NCBI GenBank assembly: GCA_001655205.1
Contig: LPNZ01006180.1
Coordinates: 1 to 41,682, forward strand
Length of the DNA stretch: 41,682 bases
Origin: Lenisia limosa
Taxonomy: Eukaryota > Protista > Breviatea
Reading direction: 5' to 3'
Numbering within the stretch: the first letter of the stretch is position 1; every line of letters starts with the position of its first letter. Made by a program: the position numbers and the translations under genes. Under the pieces are notes generated by a model. The model ran no database searches, was not told the origin of the DNA, and saw only the letters and a program-made list of their open reading frames with translations. Below, one piece after another: positions 1 through 14,200 of this stretch.

Positions 1-2136
1 TATTATTATGTTTTCCTGCACTCAAACAATTCCAGAAGCAAACCCTGATGTCGTCACAGGTGTCGTACTCTCTCAATTCTCTCATCAAGTGGGCTTGGAT
101 TGAGAATTGTTCTTCTATTTTCAAACAACAGTCCATATGACAAGGGAAGCATTCTCCAACCCGGCTCTTGCCAAGCCTAACTAAGCAGGATCATTGATAC
201 GGCTGCAGAGACCCGTGCTATCCAGTCCGAAGTCAAGGCCCTCGAAAATGTTGCATATCGATTCGCTCCTGTCAAGGTATTTTTTGGTCTCCTAAATGGA
301 AAATGAGAAAAGGCTCTATCTGGCCAAATCAAATACCATCACACTCATAAAGCATGTTTATTTTCATACTATATGAAACTCCTGTTAATTCATTGTTGTT
401 GGGCAGGCTTTCATTCTCCAGTGTGAGAGTGACTTTCTCATGACTCTCCTTTTGAAACTCAAGAAGCTGAAGGAATCAAGGAAAGAGGAAGTGGACTCCC
501 TCACAACAGAGGTTTGGTTGGTCAAGTCTGGATATCTCTGCAAATGTCAAGGAACTTGGTTTGACTTTCAGCTTGCCAAATCTGGTCGAGACCTGAGCCA
601 AAGAACACGCACGCTTCTGGAGGCTCGCATTGAAATGGTCCGTTCAGCCCATCGCTTCAACGAGGCCAAGAGGAAACACATGGCGGACCAGTGGGCTGGT
701 GTTCTTCTTATGATAGTGTTACCGCATGTGTGTCTGTGATAAAAATAATACAAGTTGTTATGTCATAATCTATCAGGAAATGAGAATCTAAACACCCCAG
801 GTTGCTGCTCCGCCGAATGGTTATATCCATCCGACGGCGATACACCGACATTCTTAAGACCCTTGCCTCCATATTTCCCCTCCACATCCCAGCCACTGGC
901 TTGCCAACCATTTGTGTATGCCCGTATTAACGAAAATCTTGGAAATTTTTCGTTATTCTCAAGTGAAAAGCTTCTCTTGTTCTTGTTTGCTTCTATTCTG
1001 AACAGTGCTTTAGTTCAATTATGAAGTTTTGAAGGTTTTTCCTCAGTTCCTGAATCCCCAACATTGATAGTTTTCCCGAAACCCCCTGTTTATGAGGGAT
1101 TGGATGCGGTGCTACAGAAGCGACTGGCTTGGGCTTTGTTTGTTTTGTNNNNNNNNNNNNNNNNNNNNNNNNNNNNNNNNNNNNNNNNNNNNNNNNNNNN
1201 NNNNNNNNNNNNNNNNNNNNNNNNNNNNNNNNNNNNNNNNNTAGGGCCTCCCACTGCCCAACAATCTCGAAGTAGTAGAGCTCGATCCTGAGGACATGAA
1301 TGCTGCACTAGGGCTCGGAGTAATCCTCACCAACCTCCTTTCAAACTATCTCAATGTTTGTTTCCGAGCCATTTGCTCTTCTTCATTCCACAGGTTCCCT
1401 TGCGCTTCCCATTGAAGTTCTATGGAAGTTGGTCGACAGTTACAGAGCCTCACATTAAACTGCTCAATAAGACCAACAAAGTGAAGGAGCCAGACGAGTG
1501 GGTGTTGATTGGCTTGGTTCCTTGATTCTATGAAGCTTTTATTGTATTGTCACAGTCTAATGTAATAGTTTTGGTCAAACACTGTTGTACTTCACCCTCT
1601 TTTGACCCTCACAGATTCCCCCTGTACTTCCGAAAGCACGTTAACGTCAAGAACCTGACATCGGGAGTGTACTACTTCCAGAAGGGCATTGAGCAGCTGA
1701 CCAATGCGGTTGGCGCTCCTCGAATGCCGATAGCAGCCACTGCCACCGGGCTCAAGGTCCTCCTCACTCCCTATGCTGACTCCCAGCTGTTTGCGGGGCT
1801 GATTATAACATGTTACTTATTCTCTCCCAAGTCTGGAACAAACGCATTTGTCTTTGGTTCTGACGTGGCAGGCTCGGCCCTCCAGCGTATAGAGTGGTCC
1901 CCACAGCGCCGCGACACGAGAGTGTCAACCCCTACGCCGCATTCAAGATCGACAGTGACAACATGGCCCAAAGACAAGTATGCTGGGTGGTGCATTTTGT
2001 TCTAAAGAATGTCTTTTTGGCTTGCTGCAGACACGTTCATTAGATTTATTTTTGTTGTTTGATTCTGTTCCATACTGACACGGTTAGGACGTACCTTCTC
2101 CTGCCCAATGAGGTTCCAAAGAGCCCTCAAAGATGA
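1..2136 (+). CDS. UVRAG: UVRAG/Vps38 (Atg14/UVRAG family) PI3K complex subunit, multi-exon, 5' end outside the window
   Basis: Exons near 1244-1354, 1394-1497 and 1616 onward splice to GLPLPNNLEVVELDPEDMNAALGLGVILTNLLSNYLN-VPLRFPLKFYGSWSTVTEPH...EFPLYFRKHVNVKNLTSGVYYFQKGIEQL. This parallels the UVRAG BARA/BATS-adjacent pattern (GVKLP..ALG....L+..+S..L.VPLRYP+...GS.S.+...FPLY...GV.LL.+NI.QL). Upstream exons (131-720) are coiled-coil-like. The stop at 2134-2136 assumes a last intron starting near 1978. Exons at 720-1240 are unresolved and include a gap. Confidence 0.8.
1111..1148 (+). repeat. 38-bp dispersed intronic motif, copy 1
   Basis: gctacagaagcgactggcttgggctttgtttgttttgt matches the reverse complement of 6852-6889 at 36 of 38 positions. 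It runs directly into an N gap. Confidence 0.85.
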
Positions 2137-2218
2137 CAATCACGGCCAAAAGGCCCAATAAGTGTACAAAATCAGTAATATACATTGTAAAGAGAGAGAA
2201 AGAGAACCTTACGTTCCT

Positions 2219-5200
2219 TTATCCATAGTGTTTGGAATTGGAATTTCGAAGAGCAAGTTGAGAAGGAATAATGATAAAGAAGACGAAGAACAAGATGATT
2301 ACGAAGATCTCGAGTCTGCTGCTCCTGCCGTTGCCAACGGGGAGGTCCGCAAAGCTTGGGAACAGAGACGTGTCATCAATGGACTTTTGGGCCGCAGGGT
2401 CATGAGGAAGGTTATCTGGGAGTATTGGGTTAATTCACACAGGCTCAACAGTATTATGAGGGGGGGAGGTGATATCCCACCTGGTGGAAGTTTGGCGGGG
2501 TCACCATCAACATCAATGACAGCAAACTCCTTGTCACTTGTGTCTTGAGCTTCAAGAGACCCGTCCAGTGAGGTGGTAGATTGCAAAGGCTCAATTGACT
2601 CCTTCTCAAACGGACAGTCCAGGTCTTTTTGGTTTATTGACGGTCTGATCTGGGGGTTGCGCAAGAGGGTATACGCCTTCAGCCATCTGATTTGTTGGCG
2701 GGAAGAAAAGAGACACAAAATAAAATTATTGATGGGGTGGATGGAAGTAGGAATTCTTATTTCACCATTTTCAATACCCTCTGACCGTTTTTGTGCACGT
2801 GAAGTCTGCGGTGCAAGCCCGGTTTTAAGTGTATAATATCCTAAACAGTTATTGTCTCCACGGGCCTACTGTGAAACATGATTCGACAGAACACCAGGAA
2901 AATGGGGTTCTGATGATGCGCATGGCAAACCACCATCGTCAAGTCTGAGAAATGGGAAAACTAAGGATTAGGACCAACATGCGAGATGCTCCCTATTGGG
3001 CACCAATCCAGCCTGCTCGTCTTTACATAAGAGACCCGTGGTGAAGAACTTATCGATTCGAACAAAGTTGGCTAGGGCCTGGAAAATCACAAAAAGATGA
3101 AGCAACAAGCACAAAATTCAAAACATCACAAGACTTACATTGAGTATTTTCTTAGCGAGCACGAAGATGCCGAAGAAGAGCCCTCCAAACACATACGACA
3201 CAATCGTTAGCAGATCGTAAACTGGGAAGAAACTATTTCTGGAGGTGGTTAGTGATAGGGGAGGCAACTGGAAATTGAAATGCAGTCAAAACAGGGGGTT
3301 TGTTGTGACCATCAGAGGAATTACAAGCCAAAGCCACGTAGAGTAGAATTGCAAGCCAAAGCCACGTACTTGAGCCGAGTCCCGTTAGTCGATGTGACGG
3401 CAGCAACAACAGGCAGTATGAAGCGAAGTACCACAGAGAGAATACCAAAGCTGATTGACACACTCGTGACAGCATGGATGATTTGGGCTTGGGTTGGTGG
3501 GCATAAAGCCAGCACCAGTAGTATGGGAGGGACCACCAGAATGAAGATGACCATAATGATAATGAACCTACTAGCCTACAGCAATGAAAACAGACCCTGT
3601 CATTACCTGAAGACCCGTGTAGAAGGACGAAATGGAAACGTTGAAATCTGACAAGCGGCCGTAGAACTTTTCTCCTTTTCGGATGGCCAATACCTGGTTG
3701 ATTAAAACAGTTGCTTGGTATGCATTATATAATACTCTTTGGATATGATTGGCAAACCTTCATTTTAAAGCGCCAAAAGATGTCGCGCCAAACCCATAGG
3801 CACACCGAACATCCAATAATGTTTGCTACCTGCAAGGTAAGGAACACGGCATCATACCAGGAACGCCTGTTGGCTATAGGTGGTAATGATGTCGAGAATG
3901 TTGAAGACTTTGTGTCGCTCATGAAGGATGTCATCAATGTAATCTTGAGCAAAGGCTGTGTGGTCACCTGTATTATGAGCATGATGTATAATGGAACAAT
4001 CTTCTATTTGCGCCTGTGTTTGAAGTTAGTTTTATCAAAAATGCCATAATAATACTCAGCATTTTATTTCCTTCCAGTCCAACCTAGGAAAAAGGCGATG
4101 GTTTGGAACGTTGTTGCGANNNNNNNNNNCGTCGAGAATGTTGAAGACTTTGTGTCGCTCATGAAGGATGTCATCAATGTAATCTTAAGCAAAGGCTGTG
4201 TGGTCACCTGTATTATGAGCATGATGTATAATGGAACAATCTTCTATTTGCGCCTGTGTTTGAAGTTGGTGTTATCAAAAATGCCATAATTATAACACAA
4301 CATTTTATTTCCTTCCAGTCCAACCTAGGAAAAAGGCGATGGTTTGGAACGTTGTTGCGAGCCACCCGGTTGTTCCCATTGAACTTGCTACAAATGACGG
4401 CGAAGGAAGGACAAACATTTATTGCCAGTTGAGACTTCGACAAGCTTGCTGATGCCTCCAACCATAGCGTCTTCTGCCAAGGGTTAAAAGCGAGGACAAT
4501 ATGGTCCGAAATTGACATGGGAAATATAATACGAGAGAGTATGTGATGTTATTTCATATATATATATATAGTATCTATAATATTTGAGATATATAATAAA
4601 TATTACTAATAGTATATCATATATGTATATATGTGGGTCCTCAAAGCTCCGGACATCATTCAAAATTCCCTGACACATCAAAACTCCCGGACAGCTTGAA
4701 ATTGACACCTTGTATAGGCCATTGCTAGTGTTTTTTGAAAAATGCTTCGACAGATACATAGAGAAATGGACCTCCTACATGTTCCCTAACTTTTTTTTTC
4801 AATTTTGAGCAAATGTCAACAATCCGTGAATTTGGTCTCCCGGGGGCCCCCCTTTTGCCTTTTCACAGGATTTTTTTCTGAATCTTACCCTCTTTTAGTG
4901 TTANNNNNNNNNNNNNNNNNNNNNNNNNNNNNNNNNNNNTAAAAAATATTTATACCCCTCGGAGTAATTGGTTCCGGGTTCCCATTTGCTTTGGCTATGT
5001 AATGGTGAATTTTGAGGAAAAAATGCTAAAAATAGCACTGTCTACAGGGGTAAACTTTCCCGGATAGTTGCCATTTATTCCTTGAATGTGGCCTTTTATA
5101 ACGGTTTTTGCTTGTTTTTGACCGTTTTTGGACCGTAAATAGAGAGCTTAGGGACTTAATTTGGTTTTGACCCGATAATATGTTAAATTGGGGTTTCATT

Positions 5201-8200
5201 ATTTGATTAAGATTGAGATTACTTTCAAAAACAGAAGGGAAATAGGGTTTCTGGGTGGTTTATTGTGATTTTGTATGGAAAACTCAAGCTGTTCGGGAGT
5301 TTTGATGTGTCCGGGAATTTTGAATGATGTCCGGAGCTTCGACTATACATATATTTATAATATGTATATCCTATATCAAAATAGAAATACATTTTGTATC
5401 AAACACACAACATCTTCCTCGAAATAATAATATATATGATAGATCAATAATAATACGCTCCCATCAATTCTGTTTCTTGTTAACATCCCAATGCTCACTC
5501 AGAAGGTCTTCTCTCTCCGCGTAAATTGATATCACAATTCCCACGTATTCAGCAATAGTCTTTCGCAGGGTTTCAACTCCAACCTGCAATTTAATACTTG
5601 GCCGGCCCTACCTTTGTCCACAAAGCCAGACACCAACTTGCAACACAGCAGTAGTACAAAATCTGTGCCGTCAGAAGAACTCTAACGACCCAAAAGGCAC
5701 CCATATTTCGCTTCATTCCAATACACTCCTCAACTTATTTTCTCATAAATCACGTTTATTCAGTTCATATGTTCTACACTTTCCTTGTACGCTTTCAAGA
5801 CAGAGCATACCCCAAGAGACACCCAGAAAGTGGTCCAGAGTCGAATGGGATATGTGAAATAGGCCGAAATGTGCTGAAATGTTAGGGTCTCATTATTTCC
5901 GGTCGAATGTGTCAACAACTCGCAAATCATAACAGTACATCAGAGAACTGGGGAGGGTTGGGGATGAAGAGGCTTGCAAGGTGTCTCTTTTTGAAATGCC
6001 TCAATGAAGCTCTGGCCCGAGTGATGGTTGATGTCATATCGTACTAAAGGGTCACAACCAAAGCCAGCCTACTCGGGAGCTGAGTACAAAATGGTGATAC
6101 TCATCATCAATCTGTTTCACTGACATTGTCAAACCAAGACGCTTCATTATACTCCTAAGCTATCAGGAAAATATAAAACCGAAAGACAGTTTTTGAAATT
6201 CCAACCTTTGTGTTCGAGGGAGTAGCGATCTCTTCGGGCTTTTGAGCTTGTTTGCAGGGGTCAAAAGCACTTTCACCACTTTCTGCGCATTATCTGAAAT
6301 GGCGAGGATATTCAAAGTCTCCGGCCGAGGCTGCAGGAGTCAGGATAACAGCCAACATACCTTCCGCAGTAGTTTGGTGACTGCGATAACGGAACAAAGA
6401 CAGCCAATGAAGAGAGCAACGAACTCTGGTATCCAGAGCAGCCCCTGAATAGTAAGTGGTTATATTGGTTAAATCTGAAGCAAGGGAAGCGAAGCAGATG
6501 GAACATATTTAACCATCTTGGGTAAACCATATCGACAACAGCTATTCATTCACCCAATGATTCGTACTGATACTCATCTCCCCCCCCCCCCTTCCAACAC
6601 CATGATCCTACCAATACGGCGTCTTGTGAAATTGACGTGTCCTCGAATGCAGCAAATGGAGTGACCAGGAGGATGACAATGGAAACAAGGTAACGCCGAA
6701 TGTCATTGGTCATGATGATGAAGATTGAAGCGCCAAGGTTGGATAAGCTGCCTATAGCCCGGGCCTCCGCATTAGCTGTGGGGAGGGAGTAAAATTGGAA
6801 ATTTTATGAAACAAAAAAGCTCACTCTGTTGGCTGACAACACACGAGGGTAACAAAACAAACAAAACCCAGGCCAGTCGCTTCTGTAGCGTACGGCAGTA
6901 TATACCCATTAACTTTTCAAATAAAAAAATCCCTTGACAAAACTCTGTCAAAAACAATTCAAAATGCTCCCTCATACACACTGAAAATTCACCCGGAACC
7001 AGGAGGTACATAATGTTAAAGGGATCCGAGATGAGGGGAGGAGAGTCACCCAAGGAGATCTCAGCTTGGTACCTTCCACTTGGTGCTGACAGGAGTCTAA
7101 AAGTCATGTATCACCATCGTTCACAAACTCAAGTGAGGTAAGGTCCACAATGCCGCTTGAGTTCGTTTTGGACGTATCAAGATCGTAAACAAAAGAAACA
7201 GTGTCGTTTGTCTGTTGATGAGAAAATAGTCCCGGCAGCTCACTTTTACATCCCTCAGAATCACTGAAACATCCCATCCATCAAGGTGTACGTTCCTACG
7301 TGTCAGAACCAATATGAAGTCCAAATAGCTCAATAATGGAAAGACCAGATAGTATATAATATGATACTGCTATTTATCTAAAAAAAAAGTCTGGAACGAG
7401 AAATACTGATGTTTTTCCAATCATTTCGAACCAAATGAAGCGTTGATAAAACGTTTCAATGGGAATAAGAGCACATTATCATTCACAATGCGCAATGCCC
7501 AATTAAGGATTACCTTGAGACTTGATCGTTCCTCTTGGCCTAAATAATAATAACAAGCGTGCTGAACTCTATATTTAGAGAACAGAAAAAACAAACTGGT
7601 ATCTGGCCGAAGCCGTCCACATTATCATGCTATACTCAGAGTCACTCCAGGGGCTTTGTCCAACCTTTATAATAGGGAAAATGTACTCAGTGCCTTGGTA
7701 AGTGTAAGGCCCAATAATGTACTAAAATGTGAGATATAAATGCCATTTTATCCGCTCACCGCCAATGGTATGCCGTCAGATTCCTGCTCTTCAGTTGGCT
7801 TCAGAACAGGGGACATCTGCTCCGGAGCAAGTAGGGGGTGCACGACATTGAAAGGCTTGGGCGTGAGTCACTGCAGGTGCCTACCTCTCCAAGGGTGCTT
7901 TTGTACTTGCCTGTGACCTGTAATCTGTATATTCCGGCGGAAGCTGACAATATCCTGCTTTTGAACACCGAATGTCCTAAAAAGTCATTTATGCCATCTT
8001 CGGTACAGCGGAAAACAAAATAAATACAATGCAAGACCATTCATAAATTACAAAATATAAATCTCCAGACCTTCAGCACCAGAGAGAATTCTGCTGACTT
8101 GGAGAACGGGTTTATGAGTTGAGGGGGCCACTGCGAATATCAAAAGTGAGGTAAAAAGCTATTTGTTTTATGCAACGAGTGTTATACGTATTTCTAAAGA

Positions 8201-11200
8201 ATGTACTAAAAAGTGTAGATCTTCAAAGAAGTAAAGAAGCTCACAGTTTGTTTGAGAGGAACACTCCAATGGACAAGACAAAGTTTTATAGTTTGCCGCT
8301 ATATTGGGGATGGTGATGACATAGCCATTGAAACGAGGTAGTCGCATTCCAAGCCCGCTCTCGATACACGAAACACAGTTCTAAACGTCAATAACAAGAG
8401 TTCCGTACATCTGAATAGGCTTGAGCAGGCTGCATTGTAATTGTCAGAAGCTCTGAAACAAAACAGTCTTCACAAGGAAACGAATACTTGACGGTGGCCT
8501 CAATCATCGAATCTCGAACCGTGCATGACTCAAGGCCTAGAGAGTGAAAGGGGGCAGGTGATCCTTCAATATGACTGTGGTTTTAGTCCTATTGCGCCAA
8601 TCAATAATTGAACAAATTTTTCTGGCACCAGATCCGACCTGCTTTCATATTGATTGAGAGATCCGAAATTCGCCGTTCGACAGTGTAGGAAATGGTGTGA
8701 CTCGCAGCACCGAATGCCTAGGGTTGGGATGGGAATTGAAAAAGTGTAACACTGCAGTTCAGAGCAAAATTATGAACTTATTTGGACATGTTTCCTCCTT
8801 ATATTACGTATTGCTACGTCTGAGATCACATCAGAGTACGAACTTACTACGAAATCTAATGAACAAACTTATAGCACTCACCCTCAATTGAATCGAATTT
8901 GCTGTTTGAAGGAGATTGTTGTGGGGAAGTTGATGAACCGTTGCAATAGTCACAAGGCCGTCAAAGGACTCAAAAGAAACATCATTTTGTTCAAATACTG
9001 GGTAAGGCTCTCCTGAAAGATAAAAGCCAAGCAACTCCATGTTACCTGACACGGCGTTGTACATTCGAAGATACTGATGCGCATGAACCTCCTTATGCCC
9101 TGAAAATGAATAATGGTGATGGTACTCTCACAGTTGTAAGAAAGAGTTGAAATGCTAAACTTCATATCTCTGCCTGCTGGAGACTCATACAAACTAAAAC
9201 CATGAGAAAAATGAGATAGGGTGAGGGATTCCACTGGTCAAAGATGATTCTTTTGAAGATTTCTCATACCCAGAAACAACGCTGTTTGGATCCGGGACAA
9301 AAGCGAGTTTAGCATGGGTGGTGATAGAAACCGTGGCATTTGTTAACAAGCAGTCCTGGGGGTTCACAGTACCAGGGAGGCACCAGGCTTGGTGAAGCTG
9401 AGGAAGTAATAAAAAGGCAAAAAGTGCGATAAACTCACTTCTCCGGGTGTGACATCAACCAAAGTGACTTCCTCAGTGGAATCCAAAGTCGTCGCTACCA
9501 CACGCGAAAGCCAGTTACTGGACAAGATGCCTTGCTAAAGCAACATTAAACGTTAGGCAACCAACATAGAGTGGAACGTCTTGTCCCTGGTACTGTACAT
9601 GACCGGCGTGGATGGCTGAGGGAAGGCCTGTCACTGTTTTCGACTGAGAAGTGAAATGAAATGAGAATGAAAACAATGAGTTTCAAAGGTCATACCACAA
9701 CAGCTTGCTTGAACGAAAGTCGCTCTGGGAACTGCGGATGAAACTCCACCTCCACTACTGCTGAACTGAATATATTATGAATAAAACATGAAACAACAAA
9801 ATTTGTGTTTATATCCCTGCCCAGTATCTCACCTGATCAATAGATCAGATACAAGTGCTACAATAAATCGGCCGCCCAGCCAGGGTGCAGCAGAAATAGA
9901 CAGGCTTGCCCGGCATGACCCTATACAGCTGGAGACGACCTCAATTGTGAGACCTTTGAGCGCCGGGTACTGCGGAAAACTGCAAAAGGGTGTGAAAGAA
10001 AAGTTAGGTCAGTCAGAGAATGTGTGAAATAATACGGGAAGGGGGAAAGTTACCGACTTTGAATGTGCCAGGAATGTCGGAACGGTAGTAGAGGAGACAA
10101 CAATGGCAGTGATATCAGCCTGGGTTACGTTTGTTGGGGCTTCGGTTGAGAACTGAACTTTGGCTTTGCCATTCCCTAAGTTGTGTGACATTCAAATTGG
10201 GATAATAATAATGATACTTCTATACTTCTTTGAGCTTAGCTTTATCTGTCGTACGTATGTATAGGAAAAATATTATGGGTTTAACTAAAACCGACAAACC
10301 TGAAAAAACGCGAGCTGATTCGGTGTGGAGTTTTGAATATGCAGAAGAGACGCTGACCCGGGTGGATTCTAGAACACTGTTAAACAAATACTTCACTATG
10401 GGGGAGAAATGTATAACGCTGTGAGTATAGAGTTGAAACGCAAATACAAGTGAATGAATTTCTCCATAACTCCCCAAAATTAGGATACTGTACCTATCAA
10501 AGAGTCTGTATTGATAGTTTCCGAGTTGGCCTACCATAGCACGATATTTCGGACAGATTAATAATGTCAGTTTTGGGATAAGTGTCGGAAGTAGTTGGTC
10601 TGGTTAATGAAAGGACAAAACCGGAGAAAATATAGCACGTTGTTATTTCCAGGGCTCAAGAAGCGTATGGGTCTTCTTTCGTGGAAAAGAACTAAAAAAA
10701 ATCATAACCAAAAATAACAAACCAAGGTTTTCGGCAAGGAGAGGAACATCGATTGCAATATTTACCTGGGGGGTTAATCATGACAAAAACCAACATTGTT
10801 AACTGGAACGCATGTTAACAACCGCACAGCCAGCGTGTTAATGGACGTTGTTGTCTCCGCCACGTGCAGTAACGGATAGGATATTTCAACACCAACACAT
10901 GCCTCATGGTCCGATACGACAGACCCATTAGTTGTGTGTGCATTAAGCCTAACAGAGTACACCTCAGCAGCATAAATGGTGTCTTGCAACGGTTGGGTCA
11001 CTTGGAAGCCTCGACATGTATAGTTGTCCCTTTTCGTGAGATCACAGGTCACCAACTCTTGAGATGAGACGGAGTACTTCAGTTTTGTGGAGAGGGTCAC
11101 TCCCTCTGCCAACTGCAATTTGATCACTGATGGTACAGCATTGAAACTCGATACAAAACGACATGAAACACTGAGTGCCAATGTAATCTAAAAAGTGAGA

Positions 11201-14200
11201 CTGTTACCTAGGTCTTTACCTCGGGGTTTACGTTTAGAGCTGGGAGACACAATATACGGGCTGATCCTTCAGCAGGGGTTGCTGTTATAACACCCGAGGA
11301 ATAGAAAATTTCTACTAGGCATTATTTGCTTGGGAAGATGGTCCAACCTTGGCTGTCTTTCATGACTGAGAGCTCGATTTCAAACCACTCGTCGATCTTG
11401 GGGGTCAAAGAAAGCCACCAACAAACATCACAGACGGCACCGCTGCATCCCTGCTCCCGGGAAATCAAAATTCTGTCTGAAGCTGCAGGAACATCAATAT
11501 TTCCACTCAATATCATTGCTCCTTGGAGATTGGCCGCAATTACTACAGTATTGCGTGTCCTAAATTGTCAGGAATAACCCTGGGATAAACTTATATCAGA
11601 ATCATATATTGATATCCCAATCTTCTGTTGGTTTTATTTGGACATAAATAAAACATTGAAATCAAAATAATATAACAGTACAATACTGTTCAAAGACGCC
11701 TGCAATAACGTTCGCTTTCTTTTCTTATTCAATAAATACTGCGTGAGAATTGGAACATAAAACATGCGTACATATGACGGGAGAGTAACATTTCACCGCA
11801 AATGGAGCCTTCATCACCACTCGGATGGCTGACGCTATGGAAGAGAATCCGTGTAAAGTCTGAACCATAAGGATAACAACATATGGCAAAGATGATAAAA
11901 TGGTCAAGCTTTGGTAAATATGCATATTCATGAACACTCTACTTAACCCCCTTTATAGTCCTGCAAACAGTTAGCTTCCAAAGATGAGTGCTCAATATGA
12001 GTCGGAAGCACTTTGCCGTCTGAAGCGTTACATTAATCATTTTCAATGCTTCGAAATGATTAATCTCTGCCAAACAGAGTCCCTATTTGCTACCAATATG
12101 AGTTCTCCTGCCGAAGCCATCAACCTCATCATGGTTATCAAGGAATCCTACCAATACTGTGAATAGCGAAAGTAGCTACAACGCCATCATCAAGCAGTGG
12201 CGAAATGCTCTGAACATAAGCACTGAACATCAGCACCAACAGTTAGACAGTAGCTGAGGGACACGGAACCTGAGCTTTGAAGTATTGGCGGCGAGCACTC
12301 AAAATCAAACGACACCTGTAACCAATAAGTCGCACAGGTATGGCCAACTCTCGAATTTTATCGGGCAAACCTTTGGGTTGTTTATGGCAATGGGTGTCCA
12401 CACATCCGGGTACATGGCCCATGGAATGTATTCCCCTTCGCAGAGAAACCCAAGGTACTAATGTGTTACAGAGTGTGAGGAAATGAGGGGATATTCCGAC
12501 ACATGTTTCAACCCACCACTCTATCTCCAGTTACTCCCAAAATGTTGGCATTTCTGATGATACCCTTGTTTCTTTCGAATTGTACCGTAGAATTGGCAAT
12601 GACCGCTAAAGAGCTAAACAAAAGCCCCACCCCAAAGAGCCGCAATCAAGAATCAATATACGGATCCATTAGTAGAATACATGGGGTCTTCGAATTTGAT
12701 TTGGATCCCGCAAACCATGATTACCGCCAAACGGAAGAGTTTGATTATACGGAACGTCAGAGGTGAGTTCTAACCGTCTCAAACTTGTCAACTCCTGACC
12801 ATCCCTATCGAACATCGCAACCTACAAGTGAAAAAGCCAAACAGATCCTCTTTCTATTGTTTTGAAATAATTATGAAAATATTAAATACTGTCTGTCGGT
12901 GCTGAAATTATTATGTTTCTGGATTTTTTAACTTCCAATCAATGTAGTAGAACCTCACAAACTTCGATAGGAGGCAGCGGCTGCCCTAGTGTGATTGAGC
13001 TTGGAGGTTTGGTGTTAACCCGAAGACGAAACTGCGCTTGATCTTGGAGATAATCAACATGTAGTACCAACTAATATACGTATACTGGACAGGCGCAAAA
13101 GTTGGCGGGCTGTTTTCGGACGCATTCTCAAGGCACATTGGGAGAGGAGAAATCTTATACAATCCTAAATAGGTGATTATCTTTTAGCATTACTCAAGAA
13201 GGATTGATTATTTATTTATGTATGAGTAAATGGTATAATTTGTTGATTTATTACTCGAGATAATGCTCTTTAACCCAAACTGACCAGGGGATGCTGAGGT
13301 CACCGAAAGCTTTTTGAATGTAGCAAACTAAAAGAGTTAATGCAATTTTCACCAACTCCCTGGTCGTCAGAGTGAGTTTCTTTGACGTCAAACGAGACGG
13401 CAGGACTATCAATAAAATCAAATCCTGAAGGAGTAAGAGACCAAATTGCATTTCGATAAAAGATATTGATAATATAGTCCACAAATTTATTGTCTTTCGC
13501 AAGTGCCCAACCATTAGTGCCTCACTCAGGTTTTCAAAGGAAACCGCCAACCAGTCAAGAGATTTGAGAAGCTTGGTGGCTGCAGCAGCAAGGGGATGTT
13601 ACAGGGGTCATTGGGCTCGGGTTTGACAATGTGAAAGTACAGGTCCACAGGACAGTTTTTGATGGGAAATCCCAGGGAATTCTTTATCGCAAACTACACT
13701 ATAAGAGAGATCGATGCAACCACATTACAGGAGAATACTCGACACAGACTTGGTTATCCACTCTTTTGTTCTCCCCCACCTACCATTGGGTAGTATGTTG
13801 CTGCCTTGACCACTTGCTTGCCTAAAACGTAATTCATACATATCATATGTATGCATGTTGACCAATGCACATGAGTGGATATCATATCACTGCGTGGAAA
13901 ACAACTGTGAAAATGAAACGAAAGGTGCTATGATACAAAAGTGCTTGTGGAGAAACAGAAAAGAAAAACATATTTAAACCAACACAACATTAAGTAAACC
14001 AAGAGAATCGATCAGAAAAGACCCACCACGGAGAAAAAAACACACTTGAAGCTATCGCAAAGCCTACCAGTTTCAATAACAGAGGGCACTTTGACGATAG
14101 TGTCGATTTCGAAGGGAATTGCGTTTCCGTAAAGCGGCGACGGATCGAACAAAACATTGGCAACCAACACTTCAACGTAAATCATTCCACTTAGAGGCCT

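Noticed and set aside
3891-4360. ~230-bp near-identical tandem duplication of STRA6-like exon and intron sequence (3891-4118 versus 4130-4358)
   Set aside because: The copies are separated by a 10-N gap and differ by scattered substitutions, which is typical of two unmerged haplotype contig ends. One copy suffices for the reading frame, so it is treated as an assembly artefact, at most evidence of heterozygosity.
2219-4520. Initially read as a separate class C GPCR-like gene
   Set aside because: The downstream RIDK, HHQNP and RWLKAYTLLRNP motifs and phase-compatible splicing across the MITE intron fit the STRA6 family better.
4555-4632. (TA)n-rich tracts here and near 16070-16110, 20520-20550, 28180-28210 and 37800-37865, plus poly-T/poly-C runs beside N gaps
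   Set aside because: These are ordinary low-complexity intronic or intergenic sequence, and the gaps next to homopolymers reflect sequencing dropout.
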